A DNA stretch of 62,237 bases, the filler included. It is 4 parts of 4 records of this genome, joined end to end, with 100 filler letters (N's around TTAATTAATTAA, not from the genome) between each part and the next. Parts side by side here need not be neighbours in the genome. Positions count along the whole stretch, not along the records: positions 1 to 27,391 come from DRR723986_6716; 3 more parts are not named here. One strand, 5' to 3'. Shown here piece by piece: positions 10,120 through 20,652 of the stretch; positions within the stretch are counted from its first letter, which is position 1; every line of letters begins with the position of its first letter. The notes beneath the pieces were generated by a model. The model was not told the origin of the DNA. It was given only the letters and a program-made list of their open reading frames with translations, and ran no database searches. A program made the translations under genes and the position numbers.

Positions 10120-11000
10120 CAGACGAAATACTCCTTAACCAGTTTACCGACAGTCTGTTCTAGGCCTGCTTCCCAAGGCGGCAGCTGGAGACCAAACACA
10201 CGGGTCGTGTCAGACATATCAAGCCGGGCGTTAAGTGGCCGTTGTGCAGGCGTCGGAAAATCCGAGGTGGCAATCGGAACGACCTCCGCAACAGGTCCGC
10301 CATTCCGCCGGCTGTAATCGAAAATCTTCCGCGCCATAGTGGCCCGATCGGTCTCGCCACGTCCGGCCAGATGGTAGGTGCCCCAGGCATTGAAGCCCGG
10401 ATCGCTCACCTGCGTGGCCATGTCGAGCAAAGCGGCCGCAAGATCCGGGGCGTGCGTGGGACAGCCGAATTGATCATTAACCACGGTGACGGTTTCACGG
10501 GTCCGGGCCAGGTCGAGCATCACGCGGACGAAGGTCCGGCCAAACCGCGAAAAAATCCAGGACACCCGCACCACCAGCGATCGGGGGGCTGCAGCAAGCA
10601 CGGACAGCTCCCCGTCTCGCTTCGATGTGCCGTACACACCGATCGGACAGGTTTCATCCAGCGGCAGATAAGGCGAGCCCTTCGTTCCGTCGAAGACGCA
10701 ATCTGTCGACAAGTGGATCAAAGGGACATCTCGGGCAGCGCAGGCCTTCGCCAGCGCTTCCGGCCCGGCCACATTGAGCGCCCTGGCGGCTTCCGGTTCG
10801 CTTTCTGCACCGTCGACGGACGTATAAGCGCCGGTGTTGATCACGGCGCCTGGCTTGTATTCATCCAGCGCCTGCGCCAGCGACACAGCATTTGTCAGGT
10901 CAGCATCGGGGCGGCCCAGGCAGACAACGCTGTTCCCGCCCTTCATGGCCAGAGCCTGCGCCATCTGGCCGGTTTTGCCGATGACCAGGACGGGCGTCAT
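10119..11000 (-). CDS. rfbD: dTDP-4-dehydrorhamnose reductase
   Basis: GKTGQMA, AYTSVDGAE, STDCVFDG, YGTSKRDGE, VNDQFGCPT; ATGA overlap with rfbB. Confidence 0.96.
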   Translation of the reverse strand: MTPVLVIGKTGQMAQALAMKGGNSVVCLGRPDADLTNAVSLAQALDEYKPGAVINTGAYTSVDGAESEPEAARALNVAGPEALAKACAARDVPLIHLSTDCVFDGTKGSPYLPLDETCPIGVYGTSKRDGELSVLAAAPRSLVVRVSWIFSRFGRTFVRVMLDLARTRETVTVVNDQFGCPTHAPDLAAALLDMATQVSDPGFNAWGTYHLAGRGETDRATMARKIFDYSRRNGGPVAEVVPIATSDFPTPAQRPLNARLDMSDTTRVFGLQLPPWEAGLEQTVGKLVKEYFV

Positions 11001-12049
11001 TTGCCGCGCCCAAGACGTTCGCCGCGATAGTGGCCGTCGCGAACCGGACGCCACCAGGTTTCATTCTCGAGATACCAGCTGACCGTCGCCTCAAGTCCCT
11101 TCTCGAAGTCCTGTGCAGGCGCCCAGCCGAGTTCCTTTCCGATCTTGGCCGGATCGATAGCATAGCGATGATCGTGCGCCGGGCGGTCTTCGACAAATTC
11201 GATCAGTTTGTTGTGCGGCACGTCACCCGGCCGCTGGACATCCAGGATACGGCAAATTTCGTTGACGATCTGCAGGTTCGTGCGCTCCGCACCTCCGCCG
11301 ACGCAATAGACCTCACCAGGAACGCCCGTCTCCGCCATCAGGCGAAGGGCCTTCGCGTGGTCCTCAACATGGAGCCAGTCACGGACATTGGAGCCGTCCC
11401 CATAGATCGGCAGGCGTTTGCCTTCCAGTGCATTGAGGATCATCAGGGGAATGAGTTTTTCCGGAAACTGGCGAGGCCCGTAATTGTTGGAGCAGTTCGA
11501 CACGACGACCGGAAGGCCGTAGGTGCGCTGCCAGGCTTTTGCCAGATGGTCTGCACCGGCCTTGCTGGCCGAATAAGGAGAAGACGGATCGTATCGGGAG
11601 GTCTCTGTAAAGACACCTTCGGCACCAAGTGAACCGAACACTTCGTCTGTAGACACATGAACGAACCGGAAGCGGTCGCGCGCCGCGCCACCAAGCCCGG
11701 CCCAATAGTCCCGGGCGGCTTCCAGCATGGCATACGTGCCGACCAGATTGGTCGAGATGAACGCCGCCGGACCATCAATGGAGCGGTCGACATGGGTTTC
11801 GGCGGCCAGATGGAACACCGCATGCGGGGCTGCATCGGCCACGACTTTCCGCATCTCGTCTGCATCGCAGACATCTGCCTCAACGTGACGGAAGCCGGGC
11901 TTCCCAGCGAGTGATGCCAGGGTGGCCGGATTGGCCGCATAGGTCATCCGGTCGACCGCAACCACTTCGGTTTCCGGATCCGACAGCAAGAGATGGCAAA
12001 GGGCCGAGCCGATAAAGCCAGCGCCGCCCGTCACGACATATCGCTTCAT
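10997..12049 (-). CDS. rfbB: dTDP-glucose 4,6-dehydratase
   Basis: TGGAGFIGS, HLAAETHVDRSI, VSTDEVFG, PYSASKA, NCSNNYGPRQFPEKLIP. Confidence 0.98.
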   Translation of the reverse strand: MKRYVVTGGAGFIGSALCHLLLSDPETEVVAVDRMTYAANPATLASLAGKPGFRHVEADVCDADEMRKVVADAAPHAVFHLAAETHVDRSIDGPAAFISTNLVGTYAMLEAARDYWAGLGGAARDRFRFVHVSTDEVFGSLGAEGVFTETSRYDPSSPYSASKAGADHLAKAWQRTYGLPVVVSNCSNNYGPRQFPEKLIPLMILNALEGKRLPIYGDGSNVRDWLHVEDHAKALRLMAETGVPGEVYCVGGGAERTNLQIVNEICRILDVQRPGDVPHNKLIEFVEDRPAHDHRYAIDPAKIGKELGWAPAQDFEKGLEATVSWYLENETWWRPVRDGHYRGERLGRGK

Positions 12050-12621
12050 CTGACGTCAGCCATCGATGTATCTGCCCGCAGCGCTGCGAGGCCGGGCCAG
12101 CGCTTGTCCCGATCGGAAAGGGTCAGTTCGGCTACCGGGAAAGGCCAGGCAATGCCGAGATCCGGATCATCATAGGCCAGACCGAAATCAGCCTCCGGCG
12201 TATAATATTCGCTGACGCTGTAAGAGATCTCGGTATCGTCTTCCAGCGTGCAGAAACCATGCGCGAACCCTGTCGGCACGAACAGCTGGTTACCCGTCTC
12301 GGCCGACAGTTCAATGGCCGCATGTTGTCCGAAGGTCGGCGATTCCAGGCGAATGTCGACAACCACGTCCAGGATCCGTCCGGCGATACAGCGCACCAGC
12401 TTGGCCTGTTCGTAAGGCGCTTTCTGGAAGTGCAGCCCTCTCAGCGTTCCCTTCCGGCGCGACAGCGAATGGTTCGCCTGCACGAATGGGCAATCGACAC
12501 CATTGGCAGCGAATTCGGATTGCCGGAAGGTTTCCGCAAAGAAGCCTCGATCATCCCCAATGCGCACCGGATGAATCAGGACCAGACCATCCAGTCCGCC
12601 AATTTTCTCGAATTTGGCCAT
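12046..12621 (-). CDS. rfbC: dTDP-4-dehydrorhamnose 3,5-epimerase
   Basis: DDRGFFAE, QANHSLS, LRGLHFQ, DVVVDIR, PTGFAHGF. Confidence 0.98.
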   Translation of the reverse strand: MAKFEKIGGLDGLVLIHPVRIGDDRGFFAETFRQSEFAANGVDCPFVQANHSLSRRKGTLRGLHFQKAPYEQAKLVRCIAGRILDVVVDIRLESPTFGQHAAIELSAETGNQLFVPTGFAHGFCTLEDDTEISYSVSEYYTPEADFGLAYDDPDLGIAWPFPVAELTLSDRDKRWPGLAALRADTSMADVR

Positions 12622-12701
12622 TGCTCGCCCTGACAGGTTGACCGCCCCCGCAGCCCCTTGCAGCTATAGCATGCCGGAAAGCGACCGCAACACGAGACGC
12701 G

Positions 12702-14528
12702 CTACTCTACTGTAACCGACTTGGCGAGATTCCGCGGCTGGTCAACATCTGTGCCTTTTGCAACCGCAACATGATAAGCCAACAGCTGCAAGGGAACCGC
12801 CGCCAGAATCGGAAGCGTGAAATCATCCCCATCCGGCAGCCGGATGATATGGTCTGCCCGGTTTCCAGCTGCCGCGATGCCAGCATCATCTGAAATCAGG
12901 ATGACCCTCGCCCCTCTGGCGCGGACCTCCTCGACATTCGAGATTGTCTTTTCGAACAGCTCGTCCTTCGGCGCGACCACGACGACCGGAAGGTCTTTCT
13001 CGATCAGGGCAATCGGTCCGTGCTTCAACTCGCCTGCGGCATAGCCTTCCGCGTGAATATAGGAGACTTCTTTCAGCTTCAGCGCCCCTTCCAGAGCCAG
13101 CGGGTAGTACCGCCCCCGGCCCAGGAACAGCACATCCTTTGCCTGGGTCAGGGTTTTCGCGATCTCCGCAATCTGCTCCTGGGCATCCAGCGCATCGGTC
13201 ACCTTCCGCGGCAAAGCCAGCAGGTTCTTCACTGCCGTCACTTCATCTCCTGGCAGCAAATGTCCGCGCTCGCGCGCCGCCGCCAAAGCCATCACGGCAA
13301 GAACGGACAGCTGCGCCGTAAACGCCTTCGTGGATGCCACACCGATTTCGACTCCAGCATGGGTCGGCACGATGGCGCCGGCTTCACGCGCGATGGAGCT
13401 TTCAGGCACATTGACGATCGCGATGGCTGTCGTGCCGTTCTCGCGGCAATACCGCAACGCGGCCAAAGTATCGGCGGTCTCGCCGGACTGGCTGATGAAC
13501 AGCGCCGGTCCCGATTGGGGAAGGACGGGCTGCCGGTATCTGAACTCTGATGCGATGTCGGTTTCCAGCGACAGGCGAGCCGCCTGCTCGAACCAGTATT
13601 TTGCGGTGAACGCGGCATAATATGCTGTGCCACATGCAATTGCGACCGCTCGGTCAGCCGCAATGAAGGCAGCGCTTGCCTCGGTGCCGATGTCCAGCAT
13701 GCCAGTGGCCTGGTCGACATAGGGCATGATTGAGCGCGCAATCGACTCCGGTTGCTCATGGATTTCTTTGAGCATGAAGTGATCATATTCCCCGCGTTCG
13801 ATCAGCGCGTCATTGACGGCAGACGTCACGCGCTTGCGATTGACCCGCTCACCGCGCGCATTGCGGATGTCGAAACTGTCCGGTGTCAGGACGCACCAGT
13901 CGCCCTCTTCCAGATAGGTCACGTCCCGGGTGAATGGCGCCAGGGCAATGGCATCGGAGCCGAGAAACATCTCTCCCTCGCCATAGCCAAGCACCAGCGG
14001 GCTGCCGCGGCGGGCGCCCATCATCAGGCCCTGCTCGCCCTGGAAAATCACGGCCAGCGCAAACGCGCCATCGAGTTCGCCGAGCGTCGCTTCAAACGCA
14101 TCGACAGGGCTCAGGCCCTCGCTGAGCTTCTGGTCCAGCAGCTGGGCAACCACTTCCGAGTCAGTCTCCGATTCGAACACGCGTCCGCCATCCTGGAGCC
14201 CCTGCCGAAGCTCACGGAAATTCTCGATGATGCCATTGTGGACAATCGCGACACTGCCCGACATGTGCGGATGGGCATTACTCTCATTCGGCTTGCCATG
14301 GGTCGCCCAGCGTGTGTGGGCGATGCCGGTGGTGGCATCCATCGGCTGTTCGCGCAGCACGGCTTCGAGATTTACGATTTTGCCGGGTGCGCGACGCCGA
14401 TCCAGCCCATCAGCGCCGGTGACAGCGATACCGGCACTGTCATAGCCGCGATATTCGAGCCGCTTCAGACCATCGATCAATCGACCGGCAACAGGCTCTT
14501 TTCCTGAAATCGCAACAATTCCGCACAT
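12702..14528 (-). CDS. glmS: Glutamine--fructose-6-phosphate aminotransferase
   Basis: N-terminal MCGIV (Ntn cysteine), LEYRGYDSAG, HTRWATHG, SQSGETADT, C-terminal PRNLAKSVTVE. Confidence 0.99.
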   Translation of the reverse strand: MCGIVAISGKEPVAGRLIDGLKRLEYRGYDSAGIAVTGADGLDRRRAPGKIVNLEAVLREQPMDATTGIAHTRWATHGKPNESNAHPHMSGSVAIVHNGIIENFRELRQGLQDGGRVFESETDSEVVAQLLDQKLSEGLSPVDAFEATLGELDGAFALAVIFQGEQGLMMGARRGSPLVLGYGEGEMFLGSDAIALAPFTRDVTYLEEGDWCVLTPDSFDIRNARGERVNRKRVTSAVNDALIERGEYDHFMLKEIHEQPESIARSIMPYVDQATGMLDIGTEASAAFIAADRAVAIACGTAYYAAFTAKYWFEQAARLSLETDIASEFRYRQPVLPQSGPALFISQSGETADTLAALRYCRENGTTAIAIVNVPESSIAREAGAIVPTHAGVEIGVASTKAFTAQLSVLAVMALAAARERGHLLPGDEVTAVKNLLALPRKVTDALDAQEQIAEIAKTLTQAKDVLFLGRGRYYPLALEGALKLKEVSYIHAEGYAAGELKHGPIALIEKDLPVVVVAPKDELFEKTISNVEEVRARGARVILISDDAGIAAAGNRADHIIRLPDGDDFTLPILAAVPLQLLAYHVAVAKGTDVDQPRNLAKSVTVE

Positions 14529-14750
14529 AATCCACTCCACTCTTGGCTGCGCCCTACTTAGCCCCTGCCAAAACGGCAGAACAATGAAATTTTATGAGCA
14601 ATTGCGACAACACTTCGGCCCCGGACCCGCCGGGATTCCCAACAACCATGGGCATTTTTGCAAATTCTCAAAAGGAGAGACGACCACACCCTTAGGTTGA
14701 ATTAGCAGTTGAAGCCCCATCCGGCGGCCCTGACAGGCCTGCCGCAGGTG

Positions 14751-14785
14751 GTCCCATAAGCGCATCTGTCCCATAAGCGCATCTG
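14751..14785. repeat. Perfect 17-bp tandem duplication in the glmS/cysD divergent intergenic region
   Basis: G-TCCCATAAGCGCATCTG-TCCCATAAGCGCATCTG. Confidence 0.9.
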
Positions 14786-14858
14786 AATGCTAAATTTAGT
14801 TCCAACTTCGCCCGGCATTTGCATATAGCCCGGTGCAAGCACTACGGAGCCCGATCTT

Positions 14859-15761
14859 TTGCCCAAACTGACCCACCTCGACAGGCTGGAGGCCGAGAGC
14901 CTTCATATCATTCGTGAAGTTGCCGCTGAGTGCGAAAATCCGGTGATGCTGTATTCCGTCGGCAAGGATTCGGCCGTGATGCTACACCTTGCGATGAAGG
15001 CATTTTACCCGTCCCGTCCGCCTTTTCCGCTGATGCATGTGGATACGACCTGGAAGTTCCGCGAAATGATCGAGTTTCGCGACCGCAAGGCGGCCGAAAT
15101 GGGCATGGACCTGATTGTCCACATCAATGAAGACGGTGTGAAGGACAATATCGGCCCCTTTTCCCACGGTTCTGCCGTCCATACGGATGTGATGAAGACG
15201 CAGGCGCTGAAACAGGCGCTCGACAAGTACAAATTCTCCGCAGCCTTTGGCGGCGCCCGCCGCGACGAAGAGAAGTCCCGCGCCAAGGAGCGCATCTTCT
15301 CATTCCGCTCAGCCGAACACCGCTGGGATCCGAAACGCCAGCGTCCGGAGATCTGGAATGTCTTCAACACCCGCATCCATCCGGGCGAAAGCATCCGCGT
15401 CTTTCCGCTGTCGAACTGGACCGAGCTAGACATCTGGCAGTACATCCGCCGCGAGAACATCGAAATCGTCCCGCTCTACTTCGCAGCCGAACGCCCGGTG
15501 GTGAACTGGAACGGCGTTGACATCATGGTCGATGACGACCGTATGCCGGATGAGCTGGCGAAGACCGCCGTGATGAAATCCGTCCGCTTCCGCACGCTCG
15601 GCTGTTACCCGCTGACCGGCGCGGTGGAGAGCACCGCCGCCACCCTCGACGACATCATCCAGGAAATGCTTCTGACCACGACATCCGAGCGCCAGGGCCG
15701 CGTGATCGACGTCGACCAGTCCGCTTCCATGGAAAAGAAAAAACAAGAGGGCTATTTCTGA
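14859..15761 (+). CDS. cysD: Sulfate adenylyltransferase subunit 2 (CysD/NodP)
   Basis: TTG start with [56 protein letters not shown]. Confidence 0.97.
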   Translation: MPKLTHLDRLEAESLHIIREVAAECENPVMLYSVGKDSAVMLHLAMKAFYPSRPPFPLMHVDTTWKFREMIEFRDRKAAEMGMDLIVHINEDGVKDNIGPFSHGSAVHTDVMKTQALKQALDKYKFSAAFGGARRDEEKSRAKERIFSFRSAEHRWDPKRQRPEIWNVFNTRIHPGESIRVFPLSNWTELDIWQYIRRENIEIVPLYFAAERPVVNWNGVDIMVDDDRMPDELAKTAVMKSVRFRTLGCYPLTGAVESTAATLDDIIQEMLLTTTSERQGRVIDVDQSASMEKKKQEGYF

Positions 15762-17668
15762 TGCGCCTCACCGATGATCTGATCGCCACCGATATTGCTG
15801 CCTATCTCGAGAAACACGAGAACAAATCCCTGCTCCGTTTCATCACGTGCGGCTCGGTCGATGACGGCAAGTCCACCCTGATCGGTCGTCTCCTTTACGA
15901 TTCGAAGATGATCTTCGAAGACCAGCTGGCTTCGCTGGAAGCCGACTCCAGGAAGGTCGGGACCCAAGGCGAGAATATCGACTTCGCCCTTCTCGTCGAT
16001 GGTCTTGCCGCCGAGCGCGAGCAAGGCATCACAATTGATGTCGCGTATCGCTTCTTTGCGACCGACAAGCGGAAATTCATCGTCGCCGACACGCCCGGAC
16101 ACGAACAGTACACCCGCAACATGGCGACCGGCGCCTCGACGGCGGACGTAGCGATCCTGATGATCGATGCCCGCAAAGGCATCCTCACCCAGACACGACG
16201 CCACGCCTTCATCACGACCCTGCTGGGCATCCGCCGCCTTGTGCTGGCGGTGAACAAGATGGACCTGGTCGATTATGACGAGACCATCTTCAACGACATT
16301 GTCGACGATTTCTACGCTTTCGCCGACGAACTGGCGACGGACCTGGAAATCCAGCCTATCCCGATGTCGGCGCTCGCAGGGGTCAACATCACCAACCGGT
16401 CCAATGAAACGGATTGGTACGATGGTCCGGCCCTCATGGAATATCTGGAAAACGTACCGGTGGGGGACCGCCGCCTCAACACCGCCTTCCGGATGCCGGT
16501 TCAGTGGGTGAACCGTCCGAACCTCGATTTCCGCGGCTTTTCCGGACAGATCGCGTCCGGCACGATCAAGCCCGGCGACCGGGTCAAATCCATGCCTTCC
16601 GGCAAACAATCCACCATCGAGCGGATCGTCACAGCCGACGGGGATCTACCCGAAGCCATTGCCGGCCAGTCGGTCACTCTCACCCTCGCAGATGAAATCG
16701 ATGCCTCGCGCGGCGACGCAATCGTCACAGCGGACGATCCGACAGAGGTTTCCGACCAGTTCCAGGTTCGCCTGCTTTGGATGAACGAAGCCCCGCTCCT
16801 CCCGGGCCGGCGCTACCTGCTCAAGATTGGCGCCAAGACTGTCACCGCAACCGTGAACGCTCCGAAATACGGGATCGACGTCAACACCTTGTCGGATGTC
16901 CCGGCAAAGACGCTCGAACTCAACCAGATCGGTGTTACCACGATTTCGCTCGACCAGCCGATCACGTTCGACCCCTATGACGTCAACCGCAATCTCGGCG
17001 GCTTCATCCTGATCGACCGCATGAGCAATGATACGGTTGGCCTCGGCCTGATCGACTTTGCGCTGCGCCGGGCCTCAAACATCCATTGGCAATCCATGGA
17101 TGTGGACCGCAACGCGCTGGCGGAACAGAAAGGCCAGAAACCGGCCGTGCTGTGGTTCACAGGTCTGTCCGGTTCGGGCAAGTCGACAATTGCCAACGCC
17201 CTTCAGAAGCGCCTGTTTGCCCTTGGCAAGCACACCTTCTCGCTGGACGGCGACAATGTCCGCCATGGCCTCAACCGCGATCTCGGCTTCACCGATGCGG
17301 ACCGGGTCGAGAACATCCGCCGCGTCGCCAATGTCGCCAAGCTGATGTCCGATGCCGGCCTCATCACGCTCGTCTCCTTCATCTCTCCCTTCCGGGCGGA
17401 GCGGCGCATGGCCCGCAACATGATGGCAGACGGTGAGTTCATTGAGATCCATATCGACACGCCGCTCGACGTCGCCGAACAGCGGGATGTCAAAGGCCTC
17501 TACAAGAAGGCCCGCGCAGGCGAGATCAAGAACTTCACCGGTATCTCGAGCCCGTACGAAGCCCCTGAAAATCCGGAGCTACGGATTGACACGGTAAACC
17601 GGAACCCGGATGACGCTGCCGAGGAAATTCTCGACTACCTGAAAGAGCACGGCTTCCTCGGCGCCTGA
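15761..17668 (+). CDS. cysNC: Bifunctional sulfate adenylyltransferase subunit 1 / APS kinase (CysNC/NodQ)
   Basis: GTPase motifs [22 protein letters not shown]-terminal APS kinase [31 protein letters not shown] overlap with cysD. Confidence 0.97.
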   Translation: MRLTDDLIATDIAAYLEKHENKSLLRFITCGSVDDGKSTLIGRLLYDSKMIFEDQLASLEADSRKVGTQGENIDFALLVDGLAAEREQGITIDVAYRFFATDKRKFIVADTPGHEQYTRNMATGASTADVAILMIDARKGILTQTRRHAFITTLLGIRRLVLAVNKMDLVDYDETIFNDIVDDFYAFADELATDLEIQPIPMSALAGVNITNRSNETDWYDGPALMEYLENVPVGDRRLNTAFRMPVQWVNRPNLDFRGFSGQIASGTIKPGDRVKSMPSGKQSTIERIVTADGDLPEAIAGQSVTLTLADEIDASRGDAIVTADDPTEVSDQFQVRLLWMNEAPLLPGRRYLLKIGAKTVTATVNAPKYGIDVNTLSDVPAKTLELNQIGVTTISLDQPITFDPYDVNRNLGGFILIDRMSNDTVGLGLIDFALRRASNIHWQSMDVDRNALAEQKGQKPAVLWFTGLSGSGKSTIANALQKRLFALGKHTFSLDGDNVRHGLNRDLGFTDADRVENIRRVANVAKLMSDAGLITLVSFISPFRAERRMARNMMADGEFIEIHIDTPLDVAEQRDVKGLYKKARAGEIKNFTGISSPYEAPENPELRIDTVNRNPDDAAEEILDYLKEHGFLGA

Positions 17669-17734
17669 TTTGCATACGCGAGTGTGCATACGCTTCAGGC
17701 CACAAGCTTGGGCTGGGACGGCGAAAGGAAGACA

Positions 17735-18793
17735 ATGCGGATTTATCCGGTAATCATGTGCGGCGGCGCGGGGACGCGCCTTTGGCCGGTCTCCGTTCAG
17801 GCGCACCCGAAACAGTTCCACCGCCTGGTAACGGACAAGACGGTGTTCCAGGATACGGTGCTGCGCCTGAAGGGGGATGATTTCGCCCCGCCGGTCGTGA
17901 TTTCGAACCAGCGCTATGCCGGCCTTGTTCGCGAGCAACTGGCGGAAATCGAGGCAGAAGCCGGCGCGGTGATCCTCGAGCCCATGGCCCGCAATACGGC
18001 GGCTGTGGCAGCTGTCGCTGCCCGGCACATCGCCGACAAGGACCCGGATGGCCTCGCCCTGCTGCTGCCGTCGGACCACTTCATCGGCCAGCCGGACGTG
18101 TTCGTCAAAGCCGTGTCCGAAGCGGCACGGATGGCGAAATCCGGCTATATCACGACCTTCGGGATCAAGCCCGACCGGCCTGAAACGGGCTTCGGCTATA
18201 TCCAGCGCGGCGAAGGTATCGGCGGCGCGCTCTACACCGTGACCGAGTTCAAGGAAAAGCCGAATCTGGAAACGGCGATGAAGTACATCGCAGACCCGGC
18301 CTTCAGCTGGAATGCCGGTATCTTCCTGTTCCCCGCCTCGCTGATGATCGACGAACTGGAAACGCACGCGCCGGACATCCTGGATGCCTCATCGGCCGCG
18401 CTCGAAGCTGCAAGCCATCCGGACGGCAACATCCTGCTGGATCCGGAATGCTTCATGGCCGTGCGGTCCACTTCGGTGGACTATGCGGTGATGGAGCAAA
18501 CTTCCAAGGCGGCGATCTACGCCCCGCTGGACTGCCAGTGGAACGACATCGGCACCTGGGGCATGATCGGCGCAATCCGCAAGCAGGACAGCGCGAACCC
18601 GCCGGTCTCGATCGATGCCGAAGGCTGCACGGTGCTGTCGGATGCCGATCACATGGTGGCGCTGGTCGGCGTGAAGGATCTCTGCGTTGTTGTTGAGGGG
18701 GGCCGCGTTCTGGTGGCGTCGAAAGACCGCACGCAGGACGTCGGCAAGGTGGTCTCTGCCCTGCGCGATGCGGGCCGCGACGAGCTGCTCTAA
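17735..18793 (+). CDS. manC: Mannose-1-phosphate guanylyltransferase (no C-terminal cupin/PMI domain)
   Basis: PVIMCGGAGTRLWP, PKQF, LEPMARNTA, LPSDH, PETGFGYI, FKEKP, WNAGIF, WNDIGTW. Confidence 0.93.
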   Translation: MRIYPVIMCGGAGTRLWPVSVQAHPKQFHRLVTDKTVFQDTVLRLKGDDFAPPVVISNQRYAGLVREQLAEIEAEAGAVILEPMARNTAAVAAVAARHIADKDPDGLALLLPSDHFIGQPDVFVKAVSEAARMAKSGYITTFGIKPDRPETGFGYIQRGEGIGGALYTVTEFKEKPNLETAMKYIADPAFSWNAGIFLFPASLMIDELETHAPDILDASSAALEAASHPDGNILLDPECFMAVRSTSVDYAVMEQTSKAAIYAPLDCQWNDIGTWGMIGAIRKQDSANPPVSIDAEGCTVLSDADHMVALVGVKDLCVVVEGGRVLVASKDRTQDVGKVVSALRDAGRDELL

Positions 18794-18878
18794 GCCTGCC
18801 TGCCCCAGCGTGACGGGCGCCCAATTCGAAATCATGTGGTAAATTCTTCTCTGCTGTCTTGCAGCGGGAGGAAAAATC

Positions 18879-20534
18879 ATGCCGGGAGCCAAAGGTGCCG
18901 GTGCAGGAAAGACGCCTGCAAAAACAATAAACTACGATGCCGTAATCGTCGGCGCAGGCTTTGCTGGCATGTACATGCTTCATAAGCTGCGCGGCATGGG
19001 CCTGAACGCCCACGTCTTCGAGGCGGGCAGCGATGTCGGGGGAACCTGGTTCTGGAACCGCTATCCCGGCGCCCGCGTCGATATTGAGAGCCAGGAATAC
19101 TCCTTCTCCTTCTCGAAAGAGCTGGAGGAAGAGTGGGAATGGTCAGAGCGTTACGCGCCGCAGGGCGAACTTCTGGACTATGCCAATCACATCGCGGACC
19201 GGTTCGATCTGCGCCGCGACATCAGCTTCAATACGCGCATTACCGCCGCATCATATGATGACCATACCGGACTATGGCGGATCATGACGGACCGTGGCGA
19301 GACCATAGAGGCACGCTATTGTGTCATGGCGACCGGGTGTCTCTCGGCTGCCAAAACACCCGACATTCCGGGCGCCGGAACCTTCAAAGGCGAAACCCTG
19401 AGCACGGCCACCTGGCCGGACGACACCGACCTCACCGGCAAGCGGGTCGGCATCATCGGCACCGGCTCGTCCGGCATCCAGACGATCACCACCATCGCGC
19501 CAGAGGTCGAAGAGCTTTACGTTTTCCAGCGCACACCGAACTACAGCGTACCGGCGCGCAACCGTCCGCTGGATCCGGCGGTGCGGGAAGACTGGCTGGC
19601 CAACCGGGAAGACTACCGCCAGCAGCAACGGGAATCCGGCATCGGGATCGTGGCACTGGAAGCGACTGAAGATCTGGCCCTGGAGCAAACGGAAGAGGAC
19701 CGCCAGCGCGAATTCGAGCGCCGCTGGGCAAAGGGCGGCTTCTGCGTCGGCGCGCCTTATGCTGATACGGGCGTCGATCCGGCGGCCAACAAGCTGCTGG
19801 CAGATTTCGTTGCCGGCAAGGTCCGCGAAATCGTGAAGGATCCGGAGACGGCCGACCTGCTGATCCCCAAGACCTACCCGTTCGGCACGAAGCGCCTGGT
19901 CGTCGATACCGGCTATTTCGGGGTCTACAATCAGGACAATGTCCACCTGATCGATCTCAACAAGACTCCGATCGAAACCATCACCGAAACCGGCCTGCGC
20001 ACCAGCGAACGTGATTATGAATTCGACGTGCTGATCTATGCCATCGGTTTCGATGCCATGACCGGTGCGCTGGAACGGATCGACATCCGGGGCCGCGACG
20101 GCCTTAAGCTGAAGGACAAATGGGCGGCCGGTCCGATGACCTATCTGGGCCTGACCGTGTCCGGCTTCCCGAACATGTTCATGATCACAGGCCCCGGCAG
20201 CCCGTCGGTCCTCTCCAACATGATCGTTTCCATCGAGCAGCATGTGGACTGGATCGCGGATTGTATCCAAGACATGGGCGAGCGCCAGCTGACCGTCGTG
20301 GAAGCCACGCCAGAGGCTGAGGCCGAATGGGTCGCCCATGTGAATGAGGTCGCCGCCACCACGCTCTACCCCCAGGCCAATTCCTGGTATCTCGGCGCCA
20401 ACGTCCCCGGCAAGCCGCGCGTGTTCATGCCCTATGTGGGCGGTGTCGGTGTCTACCGCGAAGTCTGCGACGAAGTCGCCGCGAATGACTACAAGGGATT
20501 CACCCTGTCCCGCGCGCCTGCGGAAGCGTCCTGA
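18879..20534 (+). CDS. Type I Baeyer-Villiger monooxygenase (cyclohexanone/phenylacetone monooxygenase family)
   Basis: GAGFAG, GGTWFWNRYPGARVD, FxGxxxxxxxWP-like FKGETLSTATWP, GTGSSG, QRTPNY, SWYLGANVPGK. Confidence 0.95.
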   Translation: MPGAKGAGAGKTPAKTINYDAVIVGAGFAGMYMLHKLRGMGLNAHVFEAGSDVGGTWFWNRYPGARVDIESQEYSFSFSKELEEEWEWSERYAPQGELLDYANHIADRFDLRRDISFNTRITAASYDDHTGLWRIMTDRGETIEARYCVMATGCLSAAKTPDIPGAGTFKGETLSTATWPDDTDLTGKRVGIIGTGSSGIQTITTIAPEVEELYVFQRTPNYSVPARNRPLDPAVREDWLANREDYRQQQRESGIGIVALEATEDLALEQTEEDRQREFERRWAKGGFCVGAPYADTGVDPAANKLLADFVAGKVREIVKDPETADLLIPKTYPFGTKRLVVDTGYFGVYNQDNVHLIDLNKTPIETITETGLRTSERDYEFDVLIYAIGFDAMTGALERIDIRGRDGLKLKDKWAAGPMTYLGLTVSGFPNMFMITGPGSPSVLSNMIVSIEQHVDWIADCIQDMGERQLTVVEATPEAEAEWVAHVNEVAATTLYPQANSWYLGANVPGKPRVFMPYVGGVGVYREVCDEVAANDYKGFTLSRAPAEAS

Positions 20535-20652
20535 GACCGGTTTTCGGATTGACCGCAGATTGACCTAAGGGGTTTCCCCGGCGTCCCGTCTCGAATCCTG
20601 TCTGATCCCGCGATAAGCAGGGATCAGGCATAAATATATTCGGGAGCGAACG

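Noticed and set aside
14529..14858. glmS ribozyme upstream of glmS
   Set aside because: No recognisable ribozyme core, and the element is typical of Firmicutes rather than alphaproteobacteria.
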